A DNA stretch of 64,000 nt from an uncultured Veillonellaceae bacterium (GTDB taxonomy: Bacteria > Bacillota > Negativicutes > JARBTT01): assembly GCA_963805085.1 (NCBI GenBank), contig CAWDTA010000001.1, positions 64,001-128,000 of the forward strand, written 5' to 3'. A program made the translations under genes and the position numbers. The notes under the pieces were generated by a model, which saw only the letters and a list, made by a program, of their open reading frames with translations, was not told where the DNA came from and did no database searches. Each line of letters opens with the position of its first letter. The first letter of the stretch is position 1. Shown in pieces: positions 38,559-48,602 of the stretch.

Positions 38559-38701
38559 ATTCCTCCATTAGCTAGAACATATTAAAAAGTATATGAAGAA
38601 TAACAATGAAATAGAAATAAAGCTTCTATTATTCCGGTTAATGGAGATAATATTATGGAATTGAAACGACCCCCTTCATTAAAACAATTGGAGATGATGC
38701 T

Positions 38702-39286
38702 ATGAATTCTTTTCAGAAAAAAAGTTTTGTTTTATTACTAATAATCATTTTTGTCCAAGGTTTTAGTCTGATGGGAATCGTCAGTAGAGGGAACCGTGAT
38801 TTTATTGGTAACATTCTCGGAACGACATTGTTTTGGCTTGCATATACAGTTTGTGAGTATATTTATAAACTGAGGATCAACTATTATATTCGTCTAGCTG
38901 TCGTAATTTCTATTATTGGCGATGGGCTCTTGGGCTTTTATTTCAACCTTTATGTTCTATCACCGCTTTTTGATAGAATACAACATATATTTTCAGCATA
39001 TGCGCTGGCTTTATTTTTTTATTCAATAGTTATGTGCTTTATGGAAGGCGCTATTAAAATAAAATGGATGATCTTTATTTTTGTAACCGCTATCGGTATG
39101 GCGGCTGGGAGTTTTTACGAAATAATGGAGTTTGCAGTGGATGCGATTATGAAACCACAAATACTGAACCAGCCAAGTCTTCAAGATACCGATTTAGATT
39201 TGCTGAGTAATACGGTTGGCTCAGTAATTGCTGGTTTCCATTCTACGTACATTCGTGTAAGTGGTCAGGGGAATTCCCCTCGATGA
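38702..39286 (+). CDS. Membrane protein (DUF2238/YjdF-like)
   Basis: FDRIQH, YEIMEF..D, DT..DL..N..G motifs. Confidence 0.65.
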   Translation: MNSFQKKSFVLLLIIIFVQGFSLMGIVSRGNRDFIGNILGTTLFWLAYTVCEYIYKLRINYYIRLAVVISIIGDGLLGFYFNLYVLSPLFDRIQHIFSAYALALFFYSIVMCFMEGAIKIKWMIFIFVTAIGMAAGSFYEIMEFAVDAIMKPQILNQPSLQDTDLDLLSNTVGSVIAGFHSTYIRVSGQGNSPR

Positions 39287-39557
39287 AAGCTAGGAATTCA
39301 TAGGGCGCTTGCTAATGGTTAGAAGATCTATTGTAGTAGATGTGTTTTTGTGTAGATATTTTTATATATACAAAATAACGACAAAAAATGATAGATGTAA
39401 ACGATGCCTAACACGATATTGCACCATAAAAATACTTTTGTATTTATTAAAAAAAATCTGGACTAAATTGTTGACAAGCCTTATAAAAAAGTAGTATTAT
39501 ACAAAACAATATCAAATGAGCTGTAAGATTAAATTTTAAGTAAAGAAGGGGTATAAA

Positions 39558-41060
39558 TTGGCATATTATTTCAGTGAACCATCACATACTTTTGGAGAAT
39601 ACTTATTAGTTCCCGGATATTCTTCTGTAGATTGTATTCCAAGTAAGGTAAGTCTAAAAACTTCACTTGTAAAATATAAAAAAGGTGAACAACCTGCAAT
39701 TACAATGAATATTCCGATGACTTCGGCGATCATGCAGGCGGTATCTGATGATAAAATGGCGATTGCCCTCGCAAAAGAAGGCGGCGTTTCTTTTATTTAT
39801 GGTTCTCAATCCATCGAAAGTGAAGCGGATATGGTCGCTAGAGTTAAAAATTATAAGTCAGGATTTGTTGGTAGTGACTCTAACATAAAACCAACAACAA
39901 CTTTGGCGGAGATTCTTGCGTTAAAAGAAAAAACTGGTCATTCTACGATGGCGGTTACTGATGATGGCACGCCTACTGGTAAATTGGTTGGTATTGTTAC
40001 GAGTCGCGATTATCGTGTAAGCAGAATGACTAAAGATACAAAAGTGGAAGAGTTTATGACCCCTTTTAGTAAATTGATTCATGCGGATTCAGATACTTCT
40101 TTAAAAGAAGCAAATGATTTAATATGGGAACATAAGTTGAATATGTTGCCATTAATTGATAAAGATCAACGTCTAACCTATATGGTATTTAGAAAAGATT
40201 ATTCTGATAACAAAGAAAATGAACATGAATTAATTGATGCTAAGAAGCGTTATATTGTTGGTGCTGGTATCAATACGCGTGATTATGCTGAACGCGTTCC
40301 TGCTTTAATTAAAGCGGGCGCAGATGTTCTCTGTATTGATTCATCAGAAGGCTTCTCAGAATGGCAAAAAATTACGTTGGAATATATTCATAAAAACTTT
40401 GGCGAGGAAGTAAGAGTTGGTGCTGGTAACGTAGTAGATAAAGAAGGTTTCCGTTTCTTGGCAGACGCTGGGGCTGACTTTATCAAAGTTGGTATTGGTG
40501 GCGGTTCTATCTGTATTACACGTGAACAAAAAGGTATAGGCCGTGGTCAGGCAACTGCTCTTATCGACGTTGTTGCAGCGCGCGATGAATATTTTAAAGA
40601 AACTGGTGTTTATATTCCAGTTTGTTCTGATGGTGGTATTGTGCATGACTATCATGTTACATTAGCCCTTGCAATTGGTGCGGATTTCATGATGCTTGGC
40701 AGATATTTCTCTCGTTTCGATGAAAGTCCTACAAATAGAGTTAAAATTAATGGTAATTACTTAAAAGAATATTGGGGTGAAGGCTCTAATCGTGCTAGAA
40801 ACTGGCAACGTTATGACATGGGCGGCGATAACAAATTATCCTTCGAAGAAGGTGTAGATTCGTATGTTCCATATGCCGGTAGCTTAAAAGATAATGTTGG
40901 TATCACATTAAGTAAAGTTCGCTCTACAATGTGCAACTGTGGGTCTCTTAGTATTCCGGAATTTAAAGAAAAAGCGAAAATTACCTTGGTGTCTTCAACG
41001 AGTATCGTTGAAGGTGGTTCCCATGATGTTATCCTTAAAGATAAATTCTCCCGTGATTAA
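39558..41060 (+). CDS. guaB: IMP dehydrogenase
   Basis: [16 protein letters not shown] pair, DGG; TTGACA-N18-TATTAT promoter at 39471-39500. Confidence 0.95.
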   Translation: MAYYFSEPSHTFGEYLLVPGYSSVDCIPSKVSLKTSLVKYKKGEQPAITMNIPMTSAIMQAVSDDKMAIALAKEGGVSFIYGSQSIESEADMVARVKNYKSGFVGSDSNIKPTTTLAEILALKEKTGHSTMAVTDDGTPTGKLVGIVTSRDYRVSRMTKDTKVEEFMTPFSKLIHADSDTSLKEANDLIWEHKLNMLPLIDKDQRLTYMVFRKDYSDNKENEHELIDAKKRYIVGAGINTRDYAERVPALIKAGADVLCIDSSEGFSEWQKITLEYIHKNFGEEVRVGAGNVVDKEGFRFLADAGADFIKVGIGGGSICITREQKGIGRGQATALIDVVAARDEYFKETGVYIPVCSDGGIVHDYHVTLALAIGADFMMLGRYFSRFDESPTNRVKINGNYLKEYWGEGSNRARNWQRYDMGGDNKLSFEEGVDSYVPYAGSLKDNVGITLSKVRSTMCNCGSLSIPEFKEKAKITLVSSTSIVEGGSHDVILKDKFSRD

Positions 41061-41214
41061 TTAGGAGTCATGAAACAAAAGGCATCCACCGCTTGGTAGA
41101 TGTCTTTTGTTATGTTATTTTGAATTCTTAAAATAATATGGTAAAATGAGACCAAACTATATAAGTGTAAATACAGTCAACTTAATATAAATTTGGTTTA
41201 TAGGAGGAGATCGC

Positions 41215-42393
41215 GTGAGAGCAAATATACATAAAATGGTGTACCTAGTTCTTGCCTTGACTTTCATGAGTTTATTATTTCTAGGATGTGGTGCAAAAGA
41301 AAATAGTAGCAATACGAATGAAATCTTACTTGGTGGTGATTATGAATTAACTGGTGGCTTAGCTGCGGTTGGAAAACAAACGGTGAATGGGATCAATTTA
41401 GCGATTAAGCAGACAAATGACAATGGTGGTGTCTTAGGTAAGAAAATTAAATTTATTGTTGCTGATAACAAATCAGAGCCTTCAGAAGCAGCAAATGCGA
41501 TAACGAAGCTGATTAATACGGATAAAGTAAAACTGGTATTTGGTTCGGTAGCAAGTTCCAATGTTTTGGCGTCAGTACAGATCGCTGAAGATGCTAAAGT
41601 TCCACTGATTACGGCAACTGCGACCAATCCAACAGTTACGGTAGACAATGGCGAGGTGAGAAAATATATTTTTAGAACGTGCTTTATTGATCCATTCCAA
41701 GGGGATATTATGGCCAATTTTGCCATTAATACTTTGCAGGCGAAAACAGCGGCCGTTTATGTGGATAGCAGTTCAGATTATTCAAAAGGTCTTGCCACCA
41801 TTTTTGAACAAAACTTCACGAAGCATGGTGGTAAAGTATTACTAAAAGAAGCGTTCTTACAAAAAGATCAAGATTTTAAAGCAACGCTTACAAAAATAAA
41901 AGCGATGAATCCCGATGTTATTTTTATTCCTGCCTATTATGAAGAAGTAGGTAAAATCTTAAAACAAGCAAGTGATTTAGGTGTGAAAGCAAAAATATTG
42001 GGTACAGACGGTTGGGATGACCCCAAATTAATTGAGATTGCTGGAATCAGTGCGGTAGAGGGAACTTATTTTAGTAACCATTATTCGCCTCAAGATACGG
42101 ATCCGCATGTCGTAAAATTTGTCGAAAGTTATCGTGCGGAATATAACCAAGAGCCAAGTGCATTAGCTGTACTTGGTTATGATGCGGCACTGGTTGTGAT
42201 TGATGCAATCAAACGTGCTGGTAGCGATGATCCCGAGAAAATTCGGCAGGCTTTAGAAGAGACAAAAGATATGCAAATAACCACGGGCTTGCTTAGTATC
42301 GATCAAAATCATAATTCCATCAAATCTGTCGTTGTTGTTGAATTGAAAGATGGGCAGCAGGTTTTTAAAGAAAAAATTGTACCAACTAAATAA
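41215..42393 (+). CDS. Branched-chain amino acid ABC substrate-binding lipoprotein (orphan)
   Basis: Lipobox FLGC, NGGVLGKKI, FRTCFID.FQG, GTDGWD. Confidence 0.88.
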   Translation: MRANIHKMVYLVLALTFMSLLFLGCGAKENSSNTNEILLGGDYELTGGLAAVGKQTVNGINLAIKQTNDNGGVLGKKIKFIVADNKSEPSEAANAITKLINTDKVKLVFGSVASSNVLASVQIAEDAKVPLITATATNPTVTVDNGEVRKYIFRTCFIDPFQGDIMANFAINTLQAKTAAVYVDSSSDYSKGLATIFEQNFTKHGGKVLLKEAFLQKDQDFKATLTKIKAMNPDVIFIPAYYEEVGKILKQASDLGVKAKILGTDGWDDPKLIEIAGISAVEGTYFSNHYSPQDTDPHVVKFVESYRAEYNQEPSALAVLGYDAALVVIDAIKRAGSDDPEKIRQALEETKDMQITTGLLSIDQNHNSIKSVVVVELKDGQQVFKEKIVPTK

Positions 42394-42406
42394 AAAAAGA
42401 TTTAGC

Positions 42407-42477
42407 TTGCATACACAATAAAAAATTGACCGTTTGCAATGAAAGTGTAAACGGTCAATTTTTTATTGTGTATGCAA
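42407..42477. terminator. Perfect 29-bp inverted repeat, bidirectional terminator
   Basis: ttgcatacacaataaaaaattgaccgttt/aaacggtcaattttttattgtgtatgcaa. Confidence 0.75.
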
Positions 42478-42652
42478 TTATTATTGATGGTGATTTCACT
42501 GTGAAATTTGGAAGGCGTTTTTCTTTAAAGGCACTTAGTCCTTCTTGGTGGTCAGCAGTTTGCATACAGAGGGGTTGCAATACTGCTTCATGGTTGAGTG
42601 TAATTGTTGCAATTTCATTTTCTACAGAATATAAGACAGCTCGATTTTCCAT
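42455..42652 (-). pseudogene. Enoyl-CoA hydratase remnant with internal deletion
   Basis: N-terminal VLYSVENEIATITLN joined directly to C-terminal EA.LQ..C.QT.DH.EG.SAF.EKR.PNF. Confidence 0.8.
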
Positions 42653-42807
42653 ACTATAAAATGCCTCCTATTTAATATCAATTGAGACTTAAGTCTATTT
42701 TACTATTTTACCTATTTGCGACATTTTCCGGCAAAAATTTTATTTTCATCTATTTTTCAGAGTTGTTAGGTATACTGCAACTATAAACTACTGAAAGCAT
42801 AAGGTGA

Positions 42808-44358
42808 ATGAAAATGAAACAAAAACAATGGATGAATATATTAATTATTGTCGGCGTAACAACATTCATTATGCTGTTTCAATTAGGGAATATACCATTA
42901 CTCGATCCTGATGAACCAGTCTATGCACAGACGGCAATTGAAATGCTGGCAAATAATGATTTTATTTCACCAAGAATTTATGGGGATTTTTGGTATGATA
43001 AGCCGCCAATGTATTATTGGCTGGTTGCGGGAATGATTAAACTTTTGGGGCAAGGAGAATTGGCTGCACGATTACCATCAGCGATTTTCGCAATTATAAC
43101 CGTATTGGTCATTTATTTTATTGGTAAATCAAGCATTAGCAGAAGAGCGGCTTTGTTTGGCGCATTGATTCTTGCAACTAGTTTTGAATTTTTTTACTTA
43201 GGAAAAGCAGCAGTAACAGATGTGACTTTGACTTGTTTTTTTAGTGTAGCTTTGTTAGCGTATCTAAAAAATAAGTATTCGTTGATGTATTTATTTATGG
43301 GGTTGGCTGTAATGACAAAGGGCCCGATTGGTCTCGTATTGCCAGGAATGATTATAGGAATACATTTGTTGTTGACGGGGCAAATTCGCAAGCTATTGCA
43401 AATGAAGTTAGGAAGAGGTCTGGCAATTGTTCTTGTGATTTTTGCACCTTGGTATGCAAAAATGTATCAATTGCATGGCATGGATTTTATCAATACTTTT
43501 TTAGGCTTTCATAATATCACGCGTTTTTTACAACCAGAACATGCTTCGGGTAGTAACTGGTATTATTATATTCCTGTCTTAATCCTCGGTTTTTTTCCTT
43601 GGTCGATGTTTCTGGGACAAGCGATTAAAGTCGGTATTCAAAATCGATCAAGCGAAGAAGGAAATATCTTATTACTTTTACTTAGCTGGTTGATGACTGT
43701 CTTTATATTCTTTAGTATTTCCCAAACAAAATTGATTTCTTATATATTACCGATGTATCCAGCTATTGCATTGCTTGTGGGGTGGTATATTGATCGCTTA
43801 TTAACGTTGAATTTAAATAAAAGCTTCGCGCGGGCAACAACTGTTTTTATTAGCATGAGCATTGTGCTCGTGATGGCTTTGGCAATAATGTCTTATCTTA
43901 AAATTGGTGAAGTGATTGCAGGAATTTGGTATTTGGGTATTGTGTTAGGAATCATGTCAGTAAGTGTCATATTAGCAAATTACCAAAAGAAAAATAGCTA
44001 TTCGATTGGAATCTTAATTGCCGGTATGATGATGTTTGTTGTGGTTTTGATGAATAATATCTTTCCTGCTGCCGCTGAATTTGTATCAGTGAAAACAATT
44101 GCCACCGATTTTAATCGTGTATATCAAGATAAAAATATTCCCGTTTATGTTGAAAAATTCTATCGTCCAGGTTTTTGTTACTATACAGGAATCGCTGGTA
44201 AGGAATTGAATGCCAACGTGGTTGACCTTATGAAAAGAAACGGAAGTGCATATTTGTTTATTCGTCAGGATAAATATTTGAGTTTATCAGAAAGAGAAAA
44301 AGCAAAATTACAGGTTGTGAGCAAACAAGCGGATATGATTTTAGTTTTTAAAGTGTGA
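42808..44358 (+). CDS. ArnT/PMT-family (GT39/GT83) glycosyltransferase
   Basis: DPDEPVYA..A.EM, DKPP..YW, ARLPSA, TKGPIG, KL..YILP. Confidence 0.88.
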   Translation: MKMKQKQWMNILIIVGVTTFIMLFQLGNIPLLDPDEPVYAQTAIEMLANNDFISPRIYGDFWYDKPPMYYWLVAGMIKLLGQGELAARLPSAIFAIITVLVIYFIGKSSISRRAALFGALILATSFEFFYLGKAAVTDVTLTCFFSVALLAYLKNKYSLMYLFMGLAVMTKGPIGLVLPGMIIGIHLLLTGQIRKLLQMKLGRGLAIVLVIFAPWYAKMYQLHGMDFINTFLGFHNITRFLQPEHASGSNWYYYIPVLILGFFPWSMFLGQAIKVGIQNRSSEEGNILLLLLSWLMTVFIFFSISQTKLISYILPMYPAIALLVGWYIDRLLTLNLNKSFARATTVFISMSIVLVMALAIMSYLKIGEVIAGIWYLGIVLGIMSVSVILANYQKKNSYSIGILIAGMMMFVVVLMNNIFPAAAEFVSVKTIATDFNRVYQDKNIPVYVEKFYRPGFCYYTGIAGKELNANVVDLMKRNGSAYLFIRQDKYLSLSEREKAKLQVVSKQADMILVFKV

Positions 44359-44377
44359 AATAAAAGAGGGTGCAACT

Positions 44378-45049
44378 ATGCGTGTCTTATTAGCAGAAGA
44401 TGATAAACGGTTAGGAAATCTTATTAAATATATGTTGGAGCAAAAGCAAGTATCGGTGGAATGGGTTGTTAGTGGCGATATGGCTTACGAATATGCAATG
44501 TATGATGAATATGATGTTCTAATCCTAGATTGGATGATGCCAATTGAAAGTGGTATTAGTACTTGTAAGCGATTACGTGAAAATGGCTATCAAAAAGCAA
44601 TTATTATGTTAACAGCACGTGATGATGTGGTAGATCGGGTAAATGGTCTCGATAGCGGTGCAGATGATTACTTGGTGAAGCCGTTTGAATTTAATGAATT
44701 ATTTGCCAGACTTAGAGCCTTGGGAAGACGTTGTAGTAATAAGTTGCAGCAAGATACACTTATCGTGGGAGATTTAATCTTAAATCGCAATAATAAAATG
44801 ATTGAAAAAGCTGGAGTAGAGGTGCAATTATCTCCACGGGAGTTCCAAATATTAGATCTCTTTGTGCAAAATCGTGGCAATGTAGTATCTCGAGATATAC
44901 TTTTAGATCGTGTTTGGGGAATGGAAACGGAAGTTAGTTCAAATAATATTGATGCGTACATCAAATTTTTACGTAAAAAAATTGAGGCTTGTGATAGTCA
45001 AATTATCATTCAAACTATTCGGGGGATTGGATATAAGTTGGAGGAATAG
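44378..45049 (+). CDS. OmpR-family response regulator
   Basis: AEDD, ILDWMMP, GADDYLVKPF, TIRGIGY. Confidence 0.95.
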   Translation: MRVLLAEDDKRLGNLIKYMLEQKQVSVEWVVSGDMAYEYAMYDEYDVLILDWMMPIESGISTCKRLRENGYQKAIIMLTARDDVVDRVNGLDSGADDYLVKPFEFNELFARLRALGRRCSNKLQQDTLIVGDLILNRNNKMIEKAGVEVQLSPREFQILDLFVQNRGNVVSRDILLDRVWGMETEVSSNNIDAYIKFLRKKIEACDSQIIIQTIRGIGYKLEE

Positions 45050-45052
45050 TAG

Positions 45053-46318
45053 ATGTTTCAAAAAATACGGCGACGCTTAACTTGTGTTTATGCTTCTATC
45101 ATGGCAGTTTTTTTTATACTGCTGGTTTTGGGTGCGCATAAAAGTATGCTTTGGTCGATTACCTCAGAGCAAGAGCGCGAGGTACTATTGTTCTTAGATG
45201 AAGAGGTTCATGAACATTTACTTTTGTTTCAACATAAAGAAGTACTTGAAACAGAAGATGATTATAAAGATGGTACAGGCAGAATGTATTATTATGCTTA
45301 TGATAAGGAGGCCAAATTACTAGATGCAGCCAGAGCACACGAAGATATAGAAAATATAATTATTGATAAAATTGAAAATTGGGATGTCAAAGACGGCGAA
45401 GTTGTTTCATTGAAAAATCATGAATATAAATTAATGATGGCGGCAATGCCGATTGTAATTAATGGAGATAAAGCTGGGATGATTTATGTCGGACGTGATG
45501 TTACCGCGATCTATCGGGGGCAACAAAAATCAACGATTGTATTAGCAATTCTTTCAGCAGTTGCTTTGATGTTAGCTACCATTGCAGGGCATATTATGGC
45601 AGGTCGGACCATTGTGCCAATAAAGATCGCCTATGAGAAACAGCGTCAATTTACTGCCGATGCTTCTCATGAGTTGCGTACTCCACTTAGTGTTGTGATG
45701 TCTTCTGTCGATGTGCTGCAAAATGACCCTAGTCAAACGTCGCCTTTTATCAAACAAGTGATTGAAGATATGAAGGATGAAACAAAGCGGATGGCGAAAC
45801 TGGTTGCTGATTTATTAGCTATTGCTAGAAATGACAATTATGGTATCGCCATCATCAAACAAAAGTTTGATGTAATTGAAGTAATCGAACAAGTGATTCG
45901 TAAAATGAAGCCTTTGGCGCAGGCTAAGAATATTAAGCTGTACTTTGCCAAGCAACCAAGATTAGAATTTCATGCAGATATAGAACGAATCAAACAGTTA
46001 CTTCTTATTTTAGTGGATAATGCAATTAAATACACGCCGGAGAATGGCCTCGTTACAATAAAAATAGGACATAGCCAAGAAGGGAAAAAGTTAAAGTTGA
46101 TGATAACTGATACAGGGATGGGGATACCGAGAGAAGATCAAACACATATATTTGATCGATTTTATCGTGTAGATAAAGCGCGTTCTAGGGAATCCGGCGG
46201 TGCTGGACTCGGCCTTGCCATTGCAAAGGGGATTGTGGATGTGCATGGTGGGGAAATAAGGGTTGAGAGTAATGTTGGTAGTGGTTCAACCTTTATCGTG
46301 GTGCTGCCGAAATGTTGA
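45053..46318 (+). CDS. Sensor histidine kinase
   Basis: ASHELRTPL, DNAIKY, DTGMGI, GAGLGL; two TM segments. Confidence 0.95.
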   Translation: MFQKIRRRLTCVYASIMAVFFILLVLGAHKSMLWSITSEQEREVLLFLDEEVHEHLLLFQHKEVLETEDDYKDGTGRMYYYAYDKEAKLLDAARAHEDIENIIIDKIENWDVKDGEVVSLKNHEYKLMMAAMPIVINGDKAGMIYVGRDVTAIYRGQQKSTIVLAILSAVALMLATIAGHIMAGRTIVPIKIAYEKQRQFTADASHELRTPLSVVMSSVDVLQNDPSQTSPFIKQVIEDMKDETKRMAKLVADLLAIARNDNYGIAIIKQKFDVIEVIEQVIRKMKPLAQAKNIKLYFAKQPRLEFHADIERIKQLLLILVDNAIKYTPENGLVTIKIGHSQEGKKLKLMITDTGMGIPREDQTHIFDRFYRVDKARSRESGGAGLGLAIAKGIVDVHGGEIRVESNVGSGSTFIVVLPKC

Positions 46319-47913
46319 AATATAAAAATGAATTGATGATATTCATTGGAAGTATGTTGCTCTATACGTTGTTTAATTGGCAAATACCGATCACAGATCC
46401 CGTAGAATCTAATTATGCACTTACAGCAAAAGAAATGCTGTTAAGTGGTGATCTATTAAGTATGCGGATATATGGACAATACTGGTATGATAAACCAGCG
46501 ATGATTTATTGGCTGATTATTGCATGTTATAAATTATTTGGCATCAATGCATTTGCAGCGCGATTGCCGATGGTAGTAGCAAGTGCGTGTAGTTTGAGCT
46601 TTTTATATTGGTTTGTATATAAGTTATATCAAAATACCCGGATTGCTTGGATGAGTGTAGTTGTTTTAGCTACTTCATTTGAATTTTGGGTGATTGGTAA
46701 AATGATCATTACGGATTCGATACTGTTTTTGTTTGATGGTATGGCACTCGGGTTTTGGTTTTTAGCATTTAAAACCGAAAGACAAAAATATTATTATGCT
46801 AGTTATAGCATGGCGGCCTTGGCTGTGCTCACCAAAGGACCAGTGGGCATTGTACTGCCAGCGATGATTGTAGCCGTATATCTGATCATCAGTAAGAAAT
46901 ATTATTTGTTTAAAAAAGCATGTAATTTATCGGCAATCACTATGTTTCTTGTGATTGCATTGCCATGGTATATCTATATGTATATCGTCCATGGCAATGA
47001 TTTTGTTGATGGGTTTTTAGGTCTTCATAATATTACACGGGCTATGGTCTCAGAGCACCCTAAGGATAATGTTATTTATTATTACTTGGTCGTACTTCCC
47101 TTGTGTTTGCTACCGTGGTCGGGAATTTTTATTCGTAGTATTTATCAAACCTTCAAAGAGCGACATTTGGATGATAAACAGCTGTATTTATTTTGTTGGA
47201 TTGGCGTGACTATCGTTTTTTACACATTCATGGCAACCAAATATTTGACTTATATCTTTATCGTCTTACTACCAGCAGCAATTCTTATTGCCTTGCAGTT
47301 AGAAACAATGTTGCGGCAGGGGAGAAACAAAAGTTGGCTGTGGTTGACAATTCCTGTAATATTGTTGATCATCAGCCTAGCAGCTACCATGATGATAATA
47401 ATGGATATGGCAGTGAATGTTAGTAGTTTGATTATATTTTTTACCTTTTTACTATGCTTGTTTGCTATTCTTTATCTACAACTAAAGGGTAAAAACTTCA
47501 TTGTTTTCGGGGCAAGTGTAATTAGTATGATTCTTATTATGGTGGCCAGCGGTGGCATTTTACCATATTATGCAAACAAACGTAGTTCAGAAGATATCAT
47601 CAAATATTTGCCACAAAATGGTGAAATTATGGCGTCTTATGGTGACTATCAAACTTCAGTAGTATTTTACCATGGTGATGTGTTATTAAAATTAGAAGAA
47701 GATAGATCTACTGGAAACAACGTTTGGGTGAATAAGTATGACATGCCAAAACAAAAAATTTCCGACTTTGCAGGAATGACTAAGGATCGTAGTGATGTTT
47801 ATGTTATAGTTTATTTCGAGGATTGTGATAATTTCGAAAGGACTAGTATCGGCAAGGATTATAGCGAAATTGCCCGAGGAAGCCGTGATGTGGTCTATAA
47901 GAAGAATGAGTAA
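46312..47913 (+). CDS. Second ArnT/PMT-family glycosyltransferase
   Basis: DPVESNYA.TAKEM, WYDKP, TKGPVG. Confidence 0.88.
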   Translation: MLKYKNELMIFIGSMLLYTLFNWQIPITDPVESNYALTAKEMLLSGDLLSMRIYGQYWYDKPAMIYWLIIACYKLFGINAFAARLPMVVASACSLSFLYWFVYKLYQNTRIAWMSVVVLATSFEFWVIGKMIITDSILFLFDGMALGFWFLAFKTERQKYYYASYSMAALAVLTKGPVGIVLPAMIVAVYLIISKKYYLFKKACNLSAITMFLVIALPWYIYMYIVHGNDFVDGFLGLHNITRAMVSEHPKDNVIYYYLVVLPLCLLPWSGIFIRSIYQTFKERHLDDKQLYLFCWIGVTIVFYTFMATKYLTYIFIVLLPAAILIALQLETMLRQGRNKSWLWLTIPVILLIISLAATMMIIMDMAVNVSSLIIFFTFLLCLFAILYLQLKGKNFIVFGASVISMILIMVASGGILPYYANKRSSEDIIKYLPQNGEIMASYGDYQTSVVFYHGDVLLKLEEDRSTGNNVWVNKYDMPKQKISDFAGMTKDRSDVYVIVYFEDCDNFERTSIGKDYSEIARGSRDVVYKKNE

Positions 47914-48203
47914 AATTAAGGACTGAATTCTGTATTATATAGGGTTCAGTCCTTTTCCTTTTGTCTTTGATTCTAGTGATTCCACGAAATGGATTTTGTG
48001 TATAAATTTAATATAATATTAACAAAAAAATGCAAATGGTAGGGACTTTAGGGAAGGAATTTCGTTAATTATGTCAAATTCACATATAAAGTGTAATTAT
48101 AAATTTTTTTTATGAAAGCATATATAACCATATTTGGTTTTATTTAAAAATGATGATTGTTCTTTAAAAATAATATGACTTTAATTGAATTTTTGGGGGT
48201 AAG

Positions 48204-48578
48204 ATGATGAAAAAAATGAAAAGAGTATTAATTGTAGATGATGCGGCCTTTGTGAGATTGACAATCAGAACTATGCTTGAAAAAAATGGGTACGAAGTAG
48301 TCGGAGAAGCAAATGATGGTAATGTTGCCGTGAGTAAGTATATGGAACTTAGGCCGGATTTTATGACATTAGATATTACCATGCCCAACATGGATGGAAT
48401 AGAGACACTAAAAGCAATACGAAATCTTGATAAAAATGCAGTTGTTATCATGGTCTCGGCCCTGGGACAAGAACGGTATATTAAAGATGCAGTTATAAAT
48501 GGAGCCAAATATTTTCTAGTGAAGCCTTTTAAAGAAGAAAATGTAATTGAAACGATTCAGAAAATAGTAGGTGCATAA
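48204..48578 (+). CDS. cheY: Chemotaxis response regulator
   Basis: VDDAAF, LDITMP, VKPF. Confidence 0.9.
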   Translation: MMKKMKRVLIVDDAAFVRLTIRTMLEKNGYEVVGEANDGNVAVSKYMELRPDFMTLDITMPNMDGIETLKAIRNLDKNAVVIMVSALGQERYIKDAVINGAKYFLVKPFKEENVIETIQKIVGA

Positions 48579-48602
48579 ATCCAAGAAAGGATTGATTTTT
48601 GT

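Noticed and set aside
39309-39494. 61-aa ORF upstream of guaB, or a purine riboswitch there
   Set aside because: The ORF overlaps the guaB promoter and lacks an RBS; the leader is too short and has no purine aptamer motif.
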